64,000 bases of DNA, taken from assembly GCA_048270185.1 (NCBI GenBank), contig JBLWTJ010000003.1, positions 64,001 through 128,000 of the forward strand, read 5' to 3'. The position numbers were made by a program, and so were the translations under genes. The DNA is from Bacteriovoracaceae bacterium (GTDB taxonomy: Bacteria > Bdellovibrionota > Bacteriovoracia > Bacteriovoracales > Bacteriovoracaceae). The notes beneath the pieces were generated by a model. It was given only the letters and a program-made list of their open reading frames with translations, was not told the origin of the DNA and searched no databases. Shown in pieces: positions 1-10,316 of this stretch. The number at the start of each line of letters is the position of its first letter. Positions within the stretch are counted from its first letter, which is position 1.

Positions 1-290
1 GCCAAATTATTGAAGTCGATGATTTTCCAAAAGCACGTAATCCTAGCTATAGATTGAAGATTGATTTTGGCCCAGGTGTTGGTGTGAAGAAGTCTTGCGC
101 TCAACTCACTGGCCACTACACAAAAGATGGCCTTATTAATAAGAAGGTGCTTGCTGTTGTTAACTTCCCGCCCAGACAGATCGCTAATGCTATCTCTGAG
201 GTCTTAGTACTTGGTCTCTCTGATCAAAATAAAGATGTTGTCTTATTTGAGCTTGATCACAGTGTGGAAAATGGTGCACGCCTCCATTAA
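1..290 (+). CDS. csaA: CsaA / tRNA-binding OB-fold chaperone, 5' truncated by window edge
   Basis: Frame open from nt 3: QIIEVDDFPKARNPSYRLKIDFG...SCAQLT..Y...VVNFPPRQIA..SEVLVLG, typical CsaA motifs. Confidence 0.85.
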   Translation, partial: QIIEVDDFPKARNPSYRLKIDFGPGVGVKKSCAQLTGHYTKDGLINKKVLAVVNFPPRQIANAISEVLVLGLSDQNKDVVLFELDHSVENGARLH

Positions 291-382
291 ATAATGTGAT
301 TTTAGATGCTTACAGATGTTTTAATATCTGTAATTACTATTTTTTCAATACTTTCAATCAAATAAATGTTATCTATTAAGTA

Positions 383-2284
383 ATGGCTTTTACTCGTATC
401 TTCATATCTTTAATTTTTTCTCTACTGCTCCTATGTGGGAGTTCAGCTAGTGCCCACGCGTCTAAGAAGAGAGAGAGTCTTCTTATTCTTCATTCTTATT
501 CGAGGGATAGTGTTTGGACGGATATTCTCGATCGCTCAATTAAAAAAGAGTTTGATAAATTAGGTCATCATTTTTCATTCTATACTGAGTATATGGACTC
601 CAAAAGATTCTTCAATAAGGAATACCAGTTAAAATTTACAAATCTATTAAAGATGAAATATTCAGATAAAGAACTGAAGTTGATAATAACTACAGATGAT
701 AACGCTTTTAACTTTGTAATGGCCCATCGTCGTACTATCTTCAAAAATCCACCACTTATTTTTACAGGAGTAAATGGTTACGGCGAAGAAGAGAAGAGGA
801 AATATCAATCAGAAAAGAACTTCTCTGGATTAGTTGAAAAATTTAAAATTAAAGAAACTGTAGAGATGGGACTAAAGCTGCATCCAAAAGCAAAAAAAAT
901 TTATGTCATCAATACAAAGCATACAACCTCCGGCATTGCGTTAAGGAAATCGTTTGAAAAAGCATTTAATCAATTAAACCTTGAGCAAGAAGTAATTTAC
1001 CTCGAGGACTATAATATAAAAGATCTCTATCTTAAGGTTTCCCTACTTGAGAAAGATTCCTTTGCAATATTTGGTGCGTACTCAAGAGATAAGTCAGGCA
1101 CATTCTTAAATTTTGAAAAGAATTTAAAAGAGATCGCAAAACAATCTTCAATTCCTATATATGGTTTTCTTGAGTACTACCTACCTTATGGACTAACTGG
1201 TGGCTACTTTACTAGTGGCAAGGTCTATGGAAGAGAAGCTGCGAGACTCGCTGTTAAGTACTTAGATGGAACTGACTTTAAAGATATACCTATTGTTGAA
1301 GATGTCGAAAGCCCAATCCTATTTGAATACAATATGCTAAACCGTTTTGATATTGATATCAGTAAAATTCCGGCAGACGCTCGTATTATCAATCAAAACT
1401 CTCGGATTATTGATTTATACAATAAATTCACCTTCGAATTCTGGGTTGTACTCTTTTCATTCATCTGTTTAATCGTAAGTCTTATTGTTCTCTATTATCA
1501 TTTTGAACAACAAAAGATTCATAAAAAAGCAATTTTACGTATTAATGAAAAGCTTGAAGAAAGAGTTGAAAAAAGAACTCGTCAATTGATCGAACAACAA
1601 GCAAAACTTATAAACTCTGCAAAGCTTGCTTCAATAGGTGAGATGGCAAGTGGTATTGCACACGAAATTAATAACCCACTAACAGTCATTAAGCTAAGTG
1701 CATATCGAATGATTCAGATTGCTGATAATGAAATAGTAAAAAAATCTGCCGAAAAAATTAATGATACGGTTGAGAGAATTTCAAAGATTATTGTCGGCCT
1801 TAAGCAACTAGCTAAAGAGGATGGTATTTTAACTAAGGATCAAATAAATATTAGAGATTCAATCGATGATGTTATTTCGATCTGTCAGGCAAGATTTAGA
1901 GAAAATGAAATTGATTTTTTAATCGATGTAAATAATGACTTGAAGGTAAATGGTGCTTCAATTCAAATATCACAGGTTATTCTAAATCTTTTAAATAATA
2001 GTTTTGATGAGATAAGTGTTAAAGAAGGTCCTCGTTGGATCAAGCTTGAAGGAAAGAAATCTGATGATTTTATTGAAATATCTGTAACTGACTCAGGAAA
2101 GGGGATTAGTGAAGAGATTTACGATAAAATTATGGAGCCATTTTTTACCACTAAGATTGATCGACGTGGTACTGGTCTGGGTTTAAGTATTTGTAAAAAT
2201 ATAATTGAACATCATCGTGGCCGTTTATTTGTTGACCGTGAAAGTCCTAATACAAAGTTCGTTATCCAATTACCTGTTGGATAA
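383..2284 (+). CDS. Membrane sensor histidine kinase with periplasmic binding-protein-like sensor domain
   Basis: Signal/TM segments; LHSY and EYMDSKR sensor motifs; H-box GEMASGIAHEINNPL; NLLNN, DSGKG, PFFTTK, GTGLGL. Confidence 0.9.
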   Translation: MAFTRIFISLIFSLLLLCGSSASAHASKKRESLLILHSYSRDSVWTDILDRSIKKEFDKLGHHFSFYTEYMDSKRFFNKEYQLKFTNLLKMKYSDKELKLIITTDDNAFNFVMAHRRTIFKNPPLIFTGVNGYGEEEKRKYQSEKNFSGLVEKFKIKETVEMGLKLHPKAKKIYVINTKHTTSGIALRKSFEKAFNQLNLEQEVIYLEDYNIKDLYLKVSLLEKDSFAIFGAYSRDKSGTFLNFEKNLKEIAKQSSIPIYGFLEYYLPYGLTGGYFTSGKVYGREAARLAVKYLDGTDFKDIPIVEDVESPILFEYNMLNRFDIDISKIPADARIINQNSRIIDLYNKFTFEFWVVLFSFICLIVSLIVLYYHFEQQKIHKKAILRINEKLEERVEKRTRQLIEQQAKLINSAKLASIGEMASGIAHEINNPLTVIKLSAYRMIQIADNEIVKKSAEKINDTVERISKIIVGLKQLAKEDGILTKDQINIRDSIDDVISICQARFRENEIDFLIDVNNDLKVNGASIQISQVILNLLNNSFDEISVKEGPRWIKLEGKKSDDFIEISVTDSGKGISEEIYDKIMEPFFTTKIDRRGTGLGLSICKNIIEHHRGRLFVDRESPNTKFVIQLPVG

Positions 2285-2311
2285 CCAAATAGAGGAAAGT
2301 TGATTTAGTTT

Positions 2312-4231
2312 ATGAAAAGTTTTAGGGAACTACTTCATATATTAAAGATTATTTGTGTTTTCGTGGTAATCGCGCCTTGCCTTTATGCGTATGAAGACTT
2401 TGATATTGTCATTCTTCACTCATATGAAAAAGGGAATACTTGGACTGACAGAATTGACGAAACGTTTAAGAAATCCCTCGAGCCAGGACAGCATTCAACT
2501 GTATTTTATTCTGAGTATATGGATTCAAAGCGATTCTTTGGGCCAGACTATGATCAAAGTCTATTAGAGATTTATCATGAAAAATTTAAAGATAAAGTAA
2601 TTGATCTAGTTATTACTAGTGATGATTATGCTTTCGATTTTGCAATAAAGTATCGTCATGAAATCTTTAATAATGCACCAATCATTTTTAGTGGAGTCAA
2701 TGGCTATAATAAAGAGAAAGAAGAGCTCTTGAAGAAGGAAGGAAACTTTACAGGTGTTGTTGAAACTTTTGATATTGTTGAAACAATAAACTTGGCCCTT
2801 GATATTCACCCTAAAGCAAAAAAGCTTTATATTATCAACACAAAGTATACTCCCTCAGGTCGCTATCTTAAGAGACAATTTGAGGACGCCCTAAAGACAT
2901 TAAGATTAAATATCCCTGTCGAATTCATTGAGAGTTATGACATGGAGGAAGTCTATGATATATCGACGACATTTGAGAAAGATTCGATTGTCATTTTTGG
3001 AGCCTATGCACGAGATCGATCAGGGAACTACTATACTTTCGAAGAAAATATGAGAAAGTTAAGTGAACATTCTACTCGACCGATCTACGGTTTTCTTGGT
3101 TTCTACATGGGGAATGGATTGACTGGGGGATACCTGACAAATGGGTATATTCATGGCGGAGAGATTGCTCGTATGGCCAATGAGTATCTTCGAGGAAAAA
3201 AGATTTCAGAAATTCCTGTTGTTAAAAAATCGATTAATCAGTTAGTTTTCGATTATGATAAATTAAAGCGTTACGATATTGACCTATGGAAAGTTATTTT
3301 TAAATCTACAATTATTAGTAAGGATAATAAGTTCTTTTATATACTACAACATTATAAAGTTGAATTAATTATTCTCGTCTCTAGTTTCTTATGCCTTATT
3401 ATATGCTTTTTGGTTTTACTATACTTTTTTGAAGAGCAAAAAAGATATCGAGAAAATCTTGAAGAGGAGAACGAGCTCCTCGAAGATAGAGTTAACGAGA
3501 GAACTATTCAGCTTGTCCAACAACAGTCTAAGTTAATAAACACTGCTCGTTTGGCGTCTCTTGGGGAGATGGCAAGTGGTATTGCTCATGAAATCAACAA
3601 TCCTCTAGCTATTATTGAACTTAGTGCAACACGAATTATACAGCGCTCCTCTGATGCAAAAGTAAAGTCTTTTGCTGAACGTGCCTCCGCCACGACAACT
3701 CGTATTTCAAAAATAATTAGAGGATTAAAGAATTTATCAAAGAATGGTGACAAGGGAAGTTTTAAAAAATTCGCAGTTGTCGATATGATTGAAGATATAT
3801 CTTCAATCTGTTCTGAGAGGTTTCGTGATAATTATATAAAGCTGGAGATTAACCTTAATGACAACCTTGTCGCCTTTGGCTCAGTCATTCAAATTTCCCA
3901 AGTATTGTTAAATCTTTTAAATAATGCATTCGACGAGCTCAATACTCTTGAAGAAGGAAGAGAGAGAAAGGTTATTCTGGACTCAGGGGAGGTTGAAATC
4001 GATGGCCAACCTTATATTCAATTAAGTGTTACCGATACTGGAAATGGAATTAGTGAAGAGATTCGTCAGCAGATTATGGAACCATTCTTTACAACTAAGG
4101 TAAAACTAAGAGGAACTGGTTTAGGATTAAGTATTTGTCAAAATATTGTTGAACAGCATAAGGGGAATTTCTTCTTAGATGAAGATTATCCCCAAACACG
4201 CTTCGTTATTCAAATCCCAAAAATGTCTTAA
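2312..4231 (+). CDS. Sensor histidine kinase, tandem paralogue of 383..2284
   Basis: Same architecture and motifs (LHSY, EYMDSKRFF, GEMASGIAHEINNPL, PFFTTK, GTGLGL). Confidence 0.9.
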   Translation: MKSFRELLHILKIICVFVVIAPCLYAYEDFDIVILHSYEKGNTWTDRIDETFKKSLEPGQHSTVFYSEYMDSKRFFGPDYDQSLLEIYHEKFKDKVIDLVITSDDYAFDFAIKYRHEIFNNAPIIFSGVNGYNKEKEELLKKEGNFTGVVETFDIVETINLALDIHPKAKKLYIINTKYTPSGRYLKRQFEDALKTLRLNIPVEFIESYDMEEVYDISTTFEKDSIVIFGAYARDRSGNYYTFEENMRKLSEHSTRPIYGFLGFYMGNGLTGGYLTNGYIHGGEIARMANEYLRGKKISEIPVVKKSINQLVFDYDKLKRYDIDLWKVIFKSTIISKDNKFFYILQHYKVELIILVSSFLCLIICFLVLLYFFEEQKRYRENLEEENELLEDRVNERTIQLVQQQSKLINTARLASLGEMASGIAHEINNPLAIIELSATRIIQRSSDAKVKSFAERASATTTRISKIIRGLKNLSKNGDKGSFKKFAVVDMIEDISSICSERFRDNYIKLEINLNDNLVAFGSVIQISQVLLNLLNNAFDELNTLEEGRERKVILDSGEVEIDGQPYIQLSVTDTGNGISEEIRQQIMEPFFTTKVKLRGTGLGLSICQNIVEQHKGNFFLDEDYPQTRFVIQIPKMS

Positions 4232-4735
4232 TTAAGGTGCTCTTCTGTCAAAGACAGCTCTAACTTGAGGGCCTCTACATACTTCATTCTCTTCGTTTAT
4301 GACATCGATAGCGATGTAGCGAGTTCCTCTTTTTGAAGCATAGTATGGTGTTGATTTCAGTCTCTCTCTTAAGAATTGCTGATTGGCCAGACAACTTTCT
4401 CCAGTGCCTGAGCTTTTATCAAGTGTATAGTCTAGCTCAAGTGTACGAGTTTCTCTGGCTCGGTTAAAGAAAAGTCCATAAATACACTCTTCTCCAACTT
4501 CTGTTGTCCATGACGCTTCAACGCTAAAAGTATTTAAGTGCTTATCAGCTGTTAATATGTAGAAGTTGATTCCTCTTTCTTTATATTCTGATGGTGCTTG
4601 TGTATAGCCTTTAAAAAACTTCCCACAGTCATAACCGACACCCTTTACTCGGTAAGTTGTTCCCGCAGGAAGTTTCCACTCTTGAGAAAAGACAGAAGTA
4701 CCAAGCAGTACCATAAGTAAGATTAACTTTTTCAT
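4232..4735 (-). CDS. Secreted four-cysteine protein of unknown function, paralogue of 30434..30955
   Basis: Signal peptide; GYDC, YTQAP and GEECIY blocks align with the 30434 protein; start overlaps the stop of the upstream gene. Confidence 0.75.
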   Translation of the reverse strand: MKKLILLMVLLGTSVFSQEWKLPAGTTYRVKGVGYDCGKFFKGYTQAPSEYKERGINFYILTADKHLNTFSVEASWTTEVGEECIYGLFFNRARETRTLELDYTLDKSSGTGESCLANQQFLRERLKSTPYYASKRGTRYIAIDVINEENEVCRGPQVRAVFDRRAP

Positions 4736-6120
4736 TATAGACTCCTTAAAAAAGCAATTAAATCTTGTCGCTCTTTCTTTGTTAGTTTTAAAAAATTATC
4801 TTTTGATTTTTGCGCTTCTCCTCCATGCCAGAGAATGGCCTCTTGGATTCCATTTGCTCGTCCGTCATGAAGTAATCTTGTATGGCCATTAACTGTTTGA
4901 AGTAGTCCTAGCCCCCAGAGTGGAGGAGTTCTCCATTCTCTTGTATTGGCCTCTTCTTCATTTCGATAGGCCTTAACATCGTCAGCAAGCGCTTCTCCCA
5001 TATCGTGAAGGAGCATATCTGTATAAGGATATATTTTTTGATTGTTTAATACTTTGAATTGTGAATTACTACCTGTTGTATAACTTGGTGTGTGACAAGA
5101 CTGACAATTTATCTGATGAAAGACCTTCTTTCCATTTATTACTTGTGGTTTATCAAGGTCTCTTCTTTGTGGTACAGAAAGAAGTTGCGTGTACATTGTG
5201 ACTCGTTCAAGAAGATCTTTTGAAATATCCTCTCTTGTTTTATTTTCAATACAGTCTAGCTGGACGTAACTACACTCTTCATCTGGAAAAATATAACTAG
5301 TTATCCCTAGATCGCCATTGAAGGCCGCTGCATTTTGTTCGAGAAGGCTAGGACGTCCTGCCTTCCAACCAAAGCGCCCTAGAGTTTTCTTTTGCTTAAT
5401 AATTGAAAACACAAAATTTGGCCGACCAGAAATTCCATCTTGGTTCTTATCGTCTGGGTCTGCATTTGCAATGATTACTTCTGCTGGAATGTTTTCAAGT
5501 AGTCCAAGGCCTATCATTTGTGGGCCAACTCTTGGGGAGATAATTGTATTATCTCCAAAATTCCCGGCCGTAAGTTTTCTGAAGATATAATTAGGTTTCT
5601 TTAAAGTATATTCCTCTCCGTCAGAAAACTTACCATTGATATCTTCGAACTTAACAAAGGTTCGTCCTTCGCCCTGTACGCCTTCAATGCTATGAGGTTG
5701 AAATTGACCACCATATCTTTCATGATTAACAATTTCACCATTCTCTTTTACCTGTTTTAAGCGAAATAGAAGAGAGATATCAACTTCACCGTCACTGTCA
5801 GGCAAGCCTCGACCACGGCCATCACGTAGGTGACAAGCAGTACATGAAGTTGCGTTAAAGAGCGGGCCTAAACCATCTCTTAATGGAGTTGAGGATGGAG
5901 CAGTTACCCATGCGCCTTTAAAGAAGCTATTGCCAACTTGAAATTGACGGCGCCTAAGTCCTCGTGTTCCACTCATTGGGTGTGAGAAGGCGTTAACTGA
6001 AAAGTCCAGTGTAGTCCCGGCGCCGGCCGGGAACTGTTCACTGGAATATGTATTGATACTTAAAAAAATAAGGACCAATACATTTATGAGTTTGAATAGA
6101 TTACCATTGTACTGGCGCAT
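4735..6120 (-). CDS. Di-haem oxidoreductase (DHOR/DUF1111 family)
   Basis: Two CxxCH motifs (CTACH, CQSCH); DGLGPLFN, GLGLLE, GRFGWKA, LHDMG, WRTPPLWG, LLHDGRA. Confidence 0.92.
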   Translation of the reverse strand: MRQYNGNLFKLINVLVLIFLSINTYSSEQFPAGAGTTLDFSVNAFSHPMSGTRGLRRRQFQVGNSFFKGAWVTAPSSTPLRDGLGPLFNATSCTACHLRDGRGRGLPDSDGEVDISLLFRLKQVKENGEIVNHERYGGQFQPHSIEGVQGEGRTFVKFEDINGKFSDGEEYTLKKPNYIFRKLTAGNFGDNTIISPRVGPQMIGLGLLENIPAEVIIANADPDDKNQDGISGRPNFVFSIIKQKKTLGRFGWKAGRPSLLEQNAAAFNGDLGITSYIFPDEECSYVQLDCIENKTREDISKDLLERVTMYTQLLSVPQRRDLDKPQVINGKKVFHQINCQSCHTPSYTTGSNSQFKVLNNQKIYPYTDMLLHDMGEALADDVKAYRNEEEANTREWRTPPLWGLGLLQTVNGHTRLLHDGRANGIQEAILWHGGEAQKSKDNFLKLTKKERQDLIAFLRSL

Positions 6121-7189
6121 CTAGCTCCTTAGAAGCCTCGACTAGGTCTTCTGTTAGTGCTTCCATTTCTTCAATTGAAGAAAGGATGTCAGCTCTTGCT
6201 CCTTCGTTTAAGATCGCTTGGTCAAATGGCACAGGAAGTCCTGCAAGCATTGCATTGATCTTAGTAACTTTCGAAGTGATATTATTTGAAAGAATTGTGT
6301 TATCTAAAAGATTGAGGACACCTGTCGCATTTAAGATATTTGAAATCCCCCAGAAGTTCCACTGAATATCCATATGAGTCATGTCTGAAAAACACGAGTG
6401 CTCATCTTCTTGTCCCATTGTTTCATATGCAACGTACATTCTTTCTCCTGAAAGCTCATCGCCGGCCATGAAGATCATTCCTGATAGAATATTATGAAGT
6501 GCTTCTTTCTTATCTTTAGTTTCGAATGCTCTTCTATAGTTGTCTTGGCCAGGGGCCCATGCATCAACTAATTGGCCAAGGTGATCAATTAATAAATCTG
6601 TCACAACTGAAAGGTATTGCGCACGTCTTAGTGCATTCTTTCCTGTTCCTACAACATAGTCAGTGTATGGCCTCTCTCCTGGTCCAAGCTCTGAGAGGTC
6701 TTGCCCCCAAAGTAGGAACTCAATAGCATGGTAACCTGTTGAGATATTCTTCTCGCCATCTAACTCATTCAAAGACTCAAGAAGTTCTTTTGTGATGACT
6801 GGATAAGCTTGAGAATTATTTACGATACCTGCATCTTCGCTACCCACAACATAATCAATATATGCTTCATCAAGTGGCCATGCATTTAATAGGCCTTCTG
6901 GCCCTTCGTCATTATCAATTGGACCATTGTAGAATCTGAATACTTCAGACTGGCCGTAAGGAGCTCGCGCTTCTTTCCATGATTCTCTGGCCATCTCAAG
7001 TGACATAACTCCAGGGTTGGCGATAAAGAATTCGATATCACCTTGAAGAGTTTGAGCTTTCTCAAGAGATTCAGAGTAAGTTTTGTAAACTAGGTTAGTG
7101 TAGCCCTGAATACTCTGTTCTAGAGTAGTAGAGGCCGAAACACTCAGACCTAAAAGTAATGAAATCAGTAACATAGACTTTTTAATCAT
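6101..7189 (-). CDS. Imelysin family iron-regulated protein (IrpA/IcmP-like); probable start 7189 (MIKKSML)
   Basis: LNAWPLDE, GYHAIEFLLWGQD (GxHxxE), EDEHSCFSD; signal peptide; RBS AAAGGA upstream of ATG 7189. Confidence 0.9.
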   Translation of the reverse strand: MIKKSMLLISLLLGLSVSASTTLEQSIQGYTNLVYKTYSESLEKAQTLQGDIEFFIANPGVMSLEMARESWKEARAPYGQSEVFRFYNGPIDNDEGPEGLLNAWPLDEAYIDYVVGSEDAGIVNNSQAYPVITKELLESLNELDGEKNISTGYHAIEFLLWGQDLSELGPGERPYTDYVVGTGKNALRRAQYLSVVTDLLIDHLGQLVDAWAPGQDNYRRAFETKDKKEALHNILSGMIFMAGDELSGERMYVAYETMGQEDEHSCFSDMTHMDIQWNFWGISNILNATGVLNLLDNTILSNNITSKVTKINAMLAGLPVPFDQAILNEGARADILSSIEEMEALTEDLVEASKELDAPVQW

Positions 7190-7236
7190 ATCTTTCCTTT
7201 GGTTGGTTAAATTATTAATTGCATATGCAAACAAGG

Positions 7237-7252
7237 GTTTGATACCTCAAAC
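7237..7252. promoter_or_regulatory. Palindromic operator candidate GTTTGA-TACC-TCAAAC upstream of the imelysin operon
   Basis: Perfect 6-4-6 inverted repeat about 48 nt upstream of the start; 14/16 identical to the site at 30362-30377. Confidence 0.6.
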
Positions 7253-7338
7253 ATCGTGTGATTGCAATGATCAATTTCATTTTTTACTTTTGTTCACTCT
7301 AAATAGACTTCGCTTAGCTTGAATGCTTTAATTACTTA

Positions 7339-8481
7339 ATGAAATTATTAAAGTTACTTGTGTGTTTTCTTTCACTTAGCACATTTGCGATCCCAATTGG
7401 GCATGAATCAAGCCTGCTAGGAAATACCACTTCTCGTCCAGGTGATATTGGTGCGGCAATGGTTTTCCCATCGGCCACGGCCTATATTAAAAGGGATGAA
7501 ATAAAAATATACTTTGGTCTTATGTATACCAGACAAGATATTGAGCTTGATGGAATTGGAAGTAGTTTTGAGAACCAATTTATTCCATACTTTACAGGCT
7601 TTGCAGGTGACTTCTTTGGCCTAACATTTACAAACTACGTTACTTATACTGGTGCCAACCATGGAAAGTTAATTTTTAGTTCAGATGGAATCGATGGTCA
7701 GATTGATACCCAGTCCGAAGAGTCTATCATTGGTGGCTCTGTTGCTAAAATATATGGAAAATTTGCTCTAGGCATTTCTGCAAATTTAGCAATTCGCTCC
7801 GCAAGAGCCTATGCCAGTTTCTACGGTGATAGTGGTGGAACTCCCACTCTTACGACAATTAATTCATATACAAAAATGTTGATTATTAATTCGCTGGCAA
7901 GTGCTTCTTATAAGGAAGGCCCACACTTCTTTAATTTAGGGGTCACATTTCCTGGTATCAAGTACTCTGGAAGTAATGATCTTAAGAAGGTTGAACAAAA
8001 CGGCGCAAATCCTACTAGTGTGACAAATGAAAAGTCTCACCCTGACTTTGAAAGTACTTCAGGTATTAATTTCGGTTATAGCTACTTATCAGGAGGATGG
8101 ACTCCTTCAATTGATATTTTCTATAACACTGACAATGATATTATTAATTTAAACTTTAGTGACTCTGAAGAGAGATCCAATTACACAAGTGATATAAACT
8201 TGAAATTTGGCCTAAGTACTCCGGAGTATAGAATGGAGAGGTTCTATAAAGGAACAACTTATTCATTTCTGCTTGGTGCCCAATATCACGAGGTAGAGTC
8301 ACAGGTTGATGAAACAGAGCCAATTGAGAGAACTAAGACTTACCAATACTCAGTAGGAGTAAAGCTTACAAATCGAAAAACTAGTCCAATTTTTGGTGTT
8401 TATTACCAAAATGATCAAGGTCTTTCTCGCTCAACTGCTTGGGCCTTAATGTACTCTTCAAATTACAATATTTTTGACTAA
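7339..8481 (+). CDS. Probable outer-membrane beta-barrel protein (FadL/TodX-like N-terminus)
   Basis: Signal peptide; PIGHESSLLGNT N-terminal segment; alternating amphipathic strands; aromatic-rich C-terminus. Confidence 0.5.
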   Translation: MKLLKLLVCFLSLSTFAIPIGHESSLLGNTTSRPGDIGAAMVFPSATAYIKRDEIKIYFGLMYTRQDIELDGIGSSFENQFIPYFTGFAGDFFGLTFTNYVTYTGANHGKLIFSSDGIDGQIDTQSEESIIGGSVAKIYGKFALGISANLAIRSARAYASFYGDSGGTPTLTTINSYTKMLIINSLASASYKEGPHFFNLGVTFPGIKYSGSNDLKKVEQNGANPTSVTNEKSHPDFESTSGINFGYSYLSGGWTPSIDIFYNTDNDIINLNFSDSEERSNYTSDINLKFGLSTPEYRMERFYKGTTYSFLLGAQYHEVESQVDETEPIERTKTYQYSVGVKLTNRKTSPIFGVYYQNDQGLSRSTAWALMYSSNYNIFD

Positions 8482-8555
8482 TTTATGTAGACTTGAGTCT
8501 ATATTGTGGTGTAATAAATCTCGTTCTAATTTGGCTTTGCCAGGAGATATTTTTC

Positions 8556-9521
8556 ATGAAAACAATGGCCCAATTCTTTAGCCAAAACTACCGTCACTTT
8601 AATGCTGCTTCACTGGTTGATGCTTCTAAAGCTTATGTCGATCACATCAATAGTGGCAAGAAGATGATGATTACTCTTGCAGGTGCCATGAGTACGGCCG
8701 AACTTGGTGTAAGCCTTGCGGAAATGATTCGCCAAGATAAGGTGCAAATCATTTCTTGTACAGGAGCAAACCTTGAGGAAGATATCATGAATTTGATTGC
8801 TTATAATCACTATAAGCGTATTCCAAATTACCGTGATTTAAGTCCAGAGGAAGAAGAAGAGTTACTTGAGCAAGGCTTTAATCGTGTTACTGATACTTGT
8901 ATTCCAGAAGAGACGGCCTTTAGAAAACTTCAAAAATATCTCTTTGAAGAATGGTCAAAAGCGGCAGCTGCTGGTGAAAGATTATTTCCTCATGAATTCT
9001 TATACCGAATTTTAAGACGCAAAGACTTTGCCAGTGAGTTTGAAACAGATGCGGCCAATTCTTGGATGATGGCGGCTTGTGAGAAGAATTTACCAATCAT
9101 TGTTCCAGGTTGGGAAGACTCTACAACAGCAAATATTTTTGCTTCATACTGTTTAACTGGAGAGCTTGAACCTTCTCTTGTTAAAAATGGTATTGAGTAC
9201 ATGATGTTTCTTGCAAAGTGGTATCCAGATAATTGTGGTACAAGCGGTATTGGTTTCTTTCAAATTGGTGGTGGGATCGCTGGTGACTTTCCAATTTGTG
9301 TCGTTCCAATGCTTAATCAAGATATGGAAGATGATGTTCCTCTATGGTCATACTTTTGTCAGATTTCTGATTCGACGACAAGCTATGGGTCATATTCAGG
9401 AGCAGTTCCAAATGAGAAGATCACTTGGGGAAAACTTTCTTCAAAGACTCCACGATTTATCATCGAATCAGATGCAACGATTGTTGCCCCATTAATTTTT
9501 AGCTACGTTCTAGAAAATTAA
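8556..9521 (+). CDS. Deoxyhypusine synthase-like protein (probable homospermidine synthase); probable start 8556
   Basis: LAGAMSTAE, TGANLEED, RVTDT, GGGIAGDF, DSTTSYGSYSGAVPNEKITWGK, ESDATI; RBS AGGAG. Confidence 0.9.
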   Translation: MKTMAQFFSQNYRHFNAASLVDASKAYVDHINSGKKMMITLAGAMSTAELGVSLAEMIRQDKVQIISCTGANLEEDIMNLIAYNHYKRIPNYRDLSPEEEEELLEQGFNRVTDTCIPEETAFRKLQKYLFEEWSKAAAAGERLFPHEFLYRILRRKDFASEFETDAANSWMMAACEKNLPIIVPGWEDSTTANIFASYCLTGELEPSLVKNGIEYMMFLAKWYPDNCGTSGIGFFQIGGGIAGDFPICVVPMLNQDMEDDVPLWSYFCQISDSTTSYGSYSGAVPNEKITWGKLSSKTPRFIIESDATIVAPLIFSYVLEN

Positions 9522-9559
9522 TTGGAAAAGTATTGGCCTTCCTCTATGATGGGAAGGTC

Positions 9560-9940
9560 ATGATCTTATTATTTATCGTAAAATATATGGCATTCTTTTT
9601 AGGATGCTTTTTTTGTTTCTTACTTCATGCCAAACTTGATGTTCCAATTGTTATTGCTTCAAGTGTCGTTGGTCTTATTGGTAGTTTTATTCCATTACCA
9701 AGCTTTATTAAAGAACGTTATCACACTCATCCTCATGCTGCTATTTATGCCGGAAGTTTCGCCGGAATGTGTTCGGCAGAACTCATTACAAGCTATTGGG
9801 AGCTGGGAATCATCTCAATGATTGGGGCCTTAATATATATCCTAACGATGAATCTCTTTCATGGTTTTGGTGGCAAGCTTGGAAGTGTAGCCTTTGTTAG
9901 TGTAACTCTTTTTATTCTTGTTCGTGGAGTGTTTTGGTGA
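9560..9940 (+). CDS. Small multi-pass membrane protein (GSFAGM / GFGGKLG motifs)
   Basis: Hydrophobic, about 4-5 TM segments; AAIYAGSFAGM; RBS GGAAGG before ATG 9560. Confidence 0.7.
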   Translation: MILLFIVKYMAFFLGCFFCFLLHAKLDVPIVIASSVVGLIGSFIPLPSFIKERYHTHPHAAIYAGSFAGMCSAELITSYWELGIISMIGALIYILTMNLFHGFGGKLGSVAFVSVTLFILVRGVFW

Positions 9941-10314
9941 TTATCTTCGCACTACCTATTTCAATCATAGGTGCCATTTCAACATACGTGCTTTCCCAAA
10001 AAAGACCATTTGGGGCAATTAGAGCATCTACATTATTATCCATTCTATCCTATTTAATCTTCTGGGGGATAGGAGTGGAAGCTGAACTCTATAGTGTGGT
10101 TTTCTTTGGTGGAAGTTTTGTTGGAATGAGTGCATCTCATCGATTTGGTTACTTTAGTGTGACTCTTGGTTCAATTTTCTTCGCATTCTTTTACATATTT
10201 TTAATTCCTCTGCTAAAAGGTTACGGTGGGGCCCTTGGTTTGAGTGCTTTCTTATCAGTTGCTCTGACACATCTAATTCGTTTGATTCGTCATAAATTGT
10301 CTAGTACAGTTTAA
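9934..10314 (+). CDS. Small multi-pass membrane protein, paralogous to the preceding gene
   Basis: FFGGSFVGMS and GYGGALG motifs; overlaps upstream stop. Confidence 0.7.
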   Translation: MVIIFALPISIIGAISTYVLSQKRPFGAIRASTLLSILSYLIFWGIGVEAELYSVVFFGGSFVGMSASHRFGYFSVTLGSIFFAFFYIFLIPLLKGYGGALGLSAFLSVALTHLIRLIRHKLSSTV

Positions 10315-10316
10315 AG

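Noticed and set aside
7259..7282. Possible Fur box (TGCAATGATCAATTTCATT), and a similar stretch near 30289-30307
   Set aside because: Only 10-11 of 19 positions match in very AT-rich DNA; not distinguishable from chance
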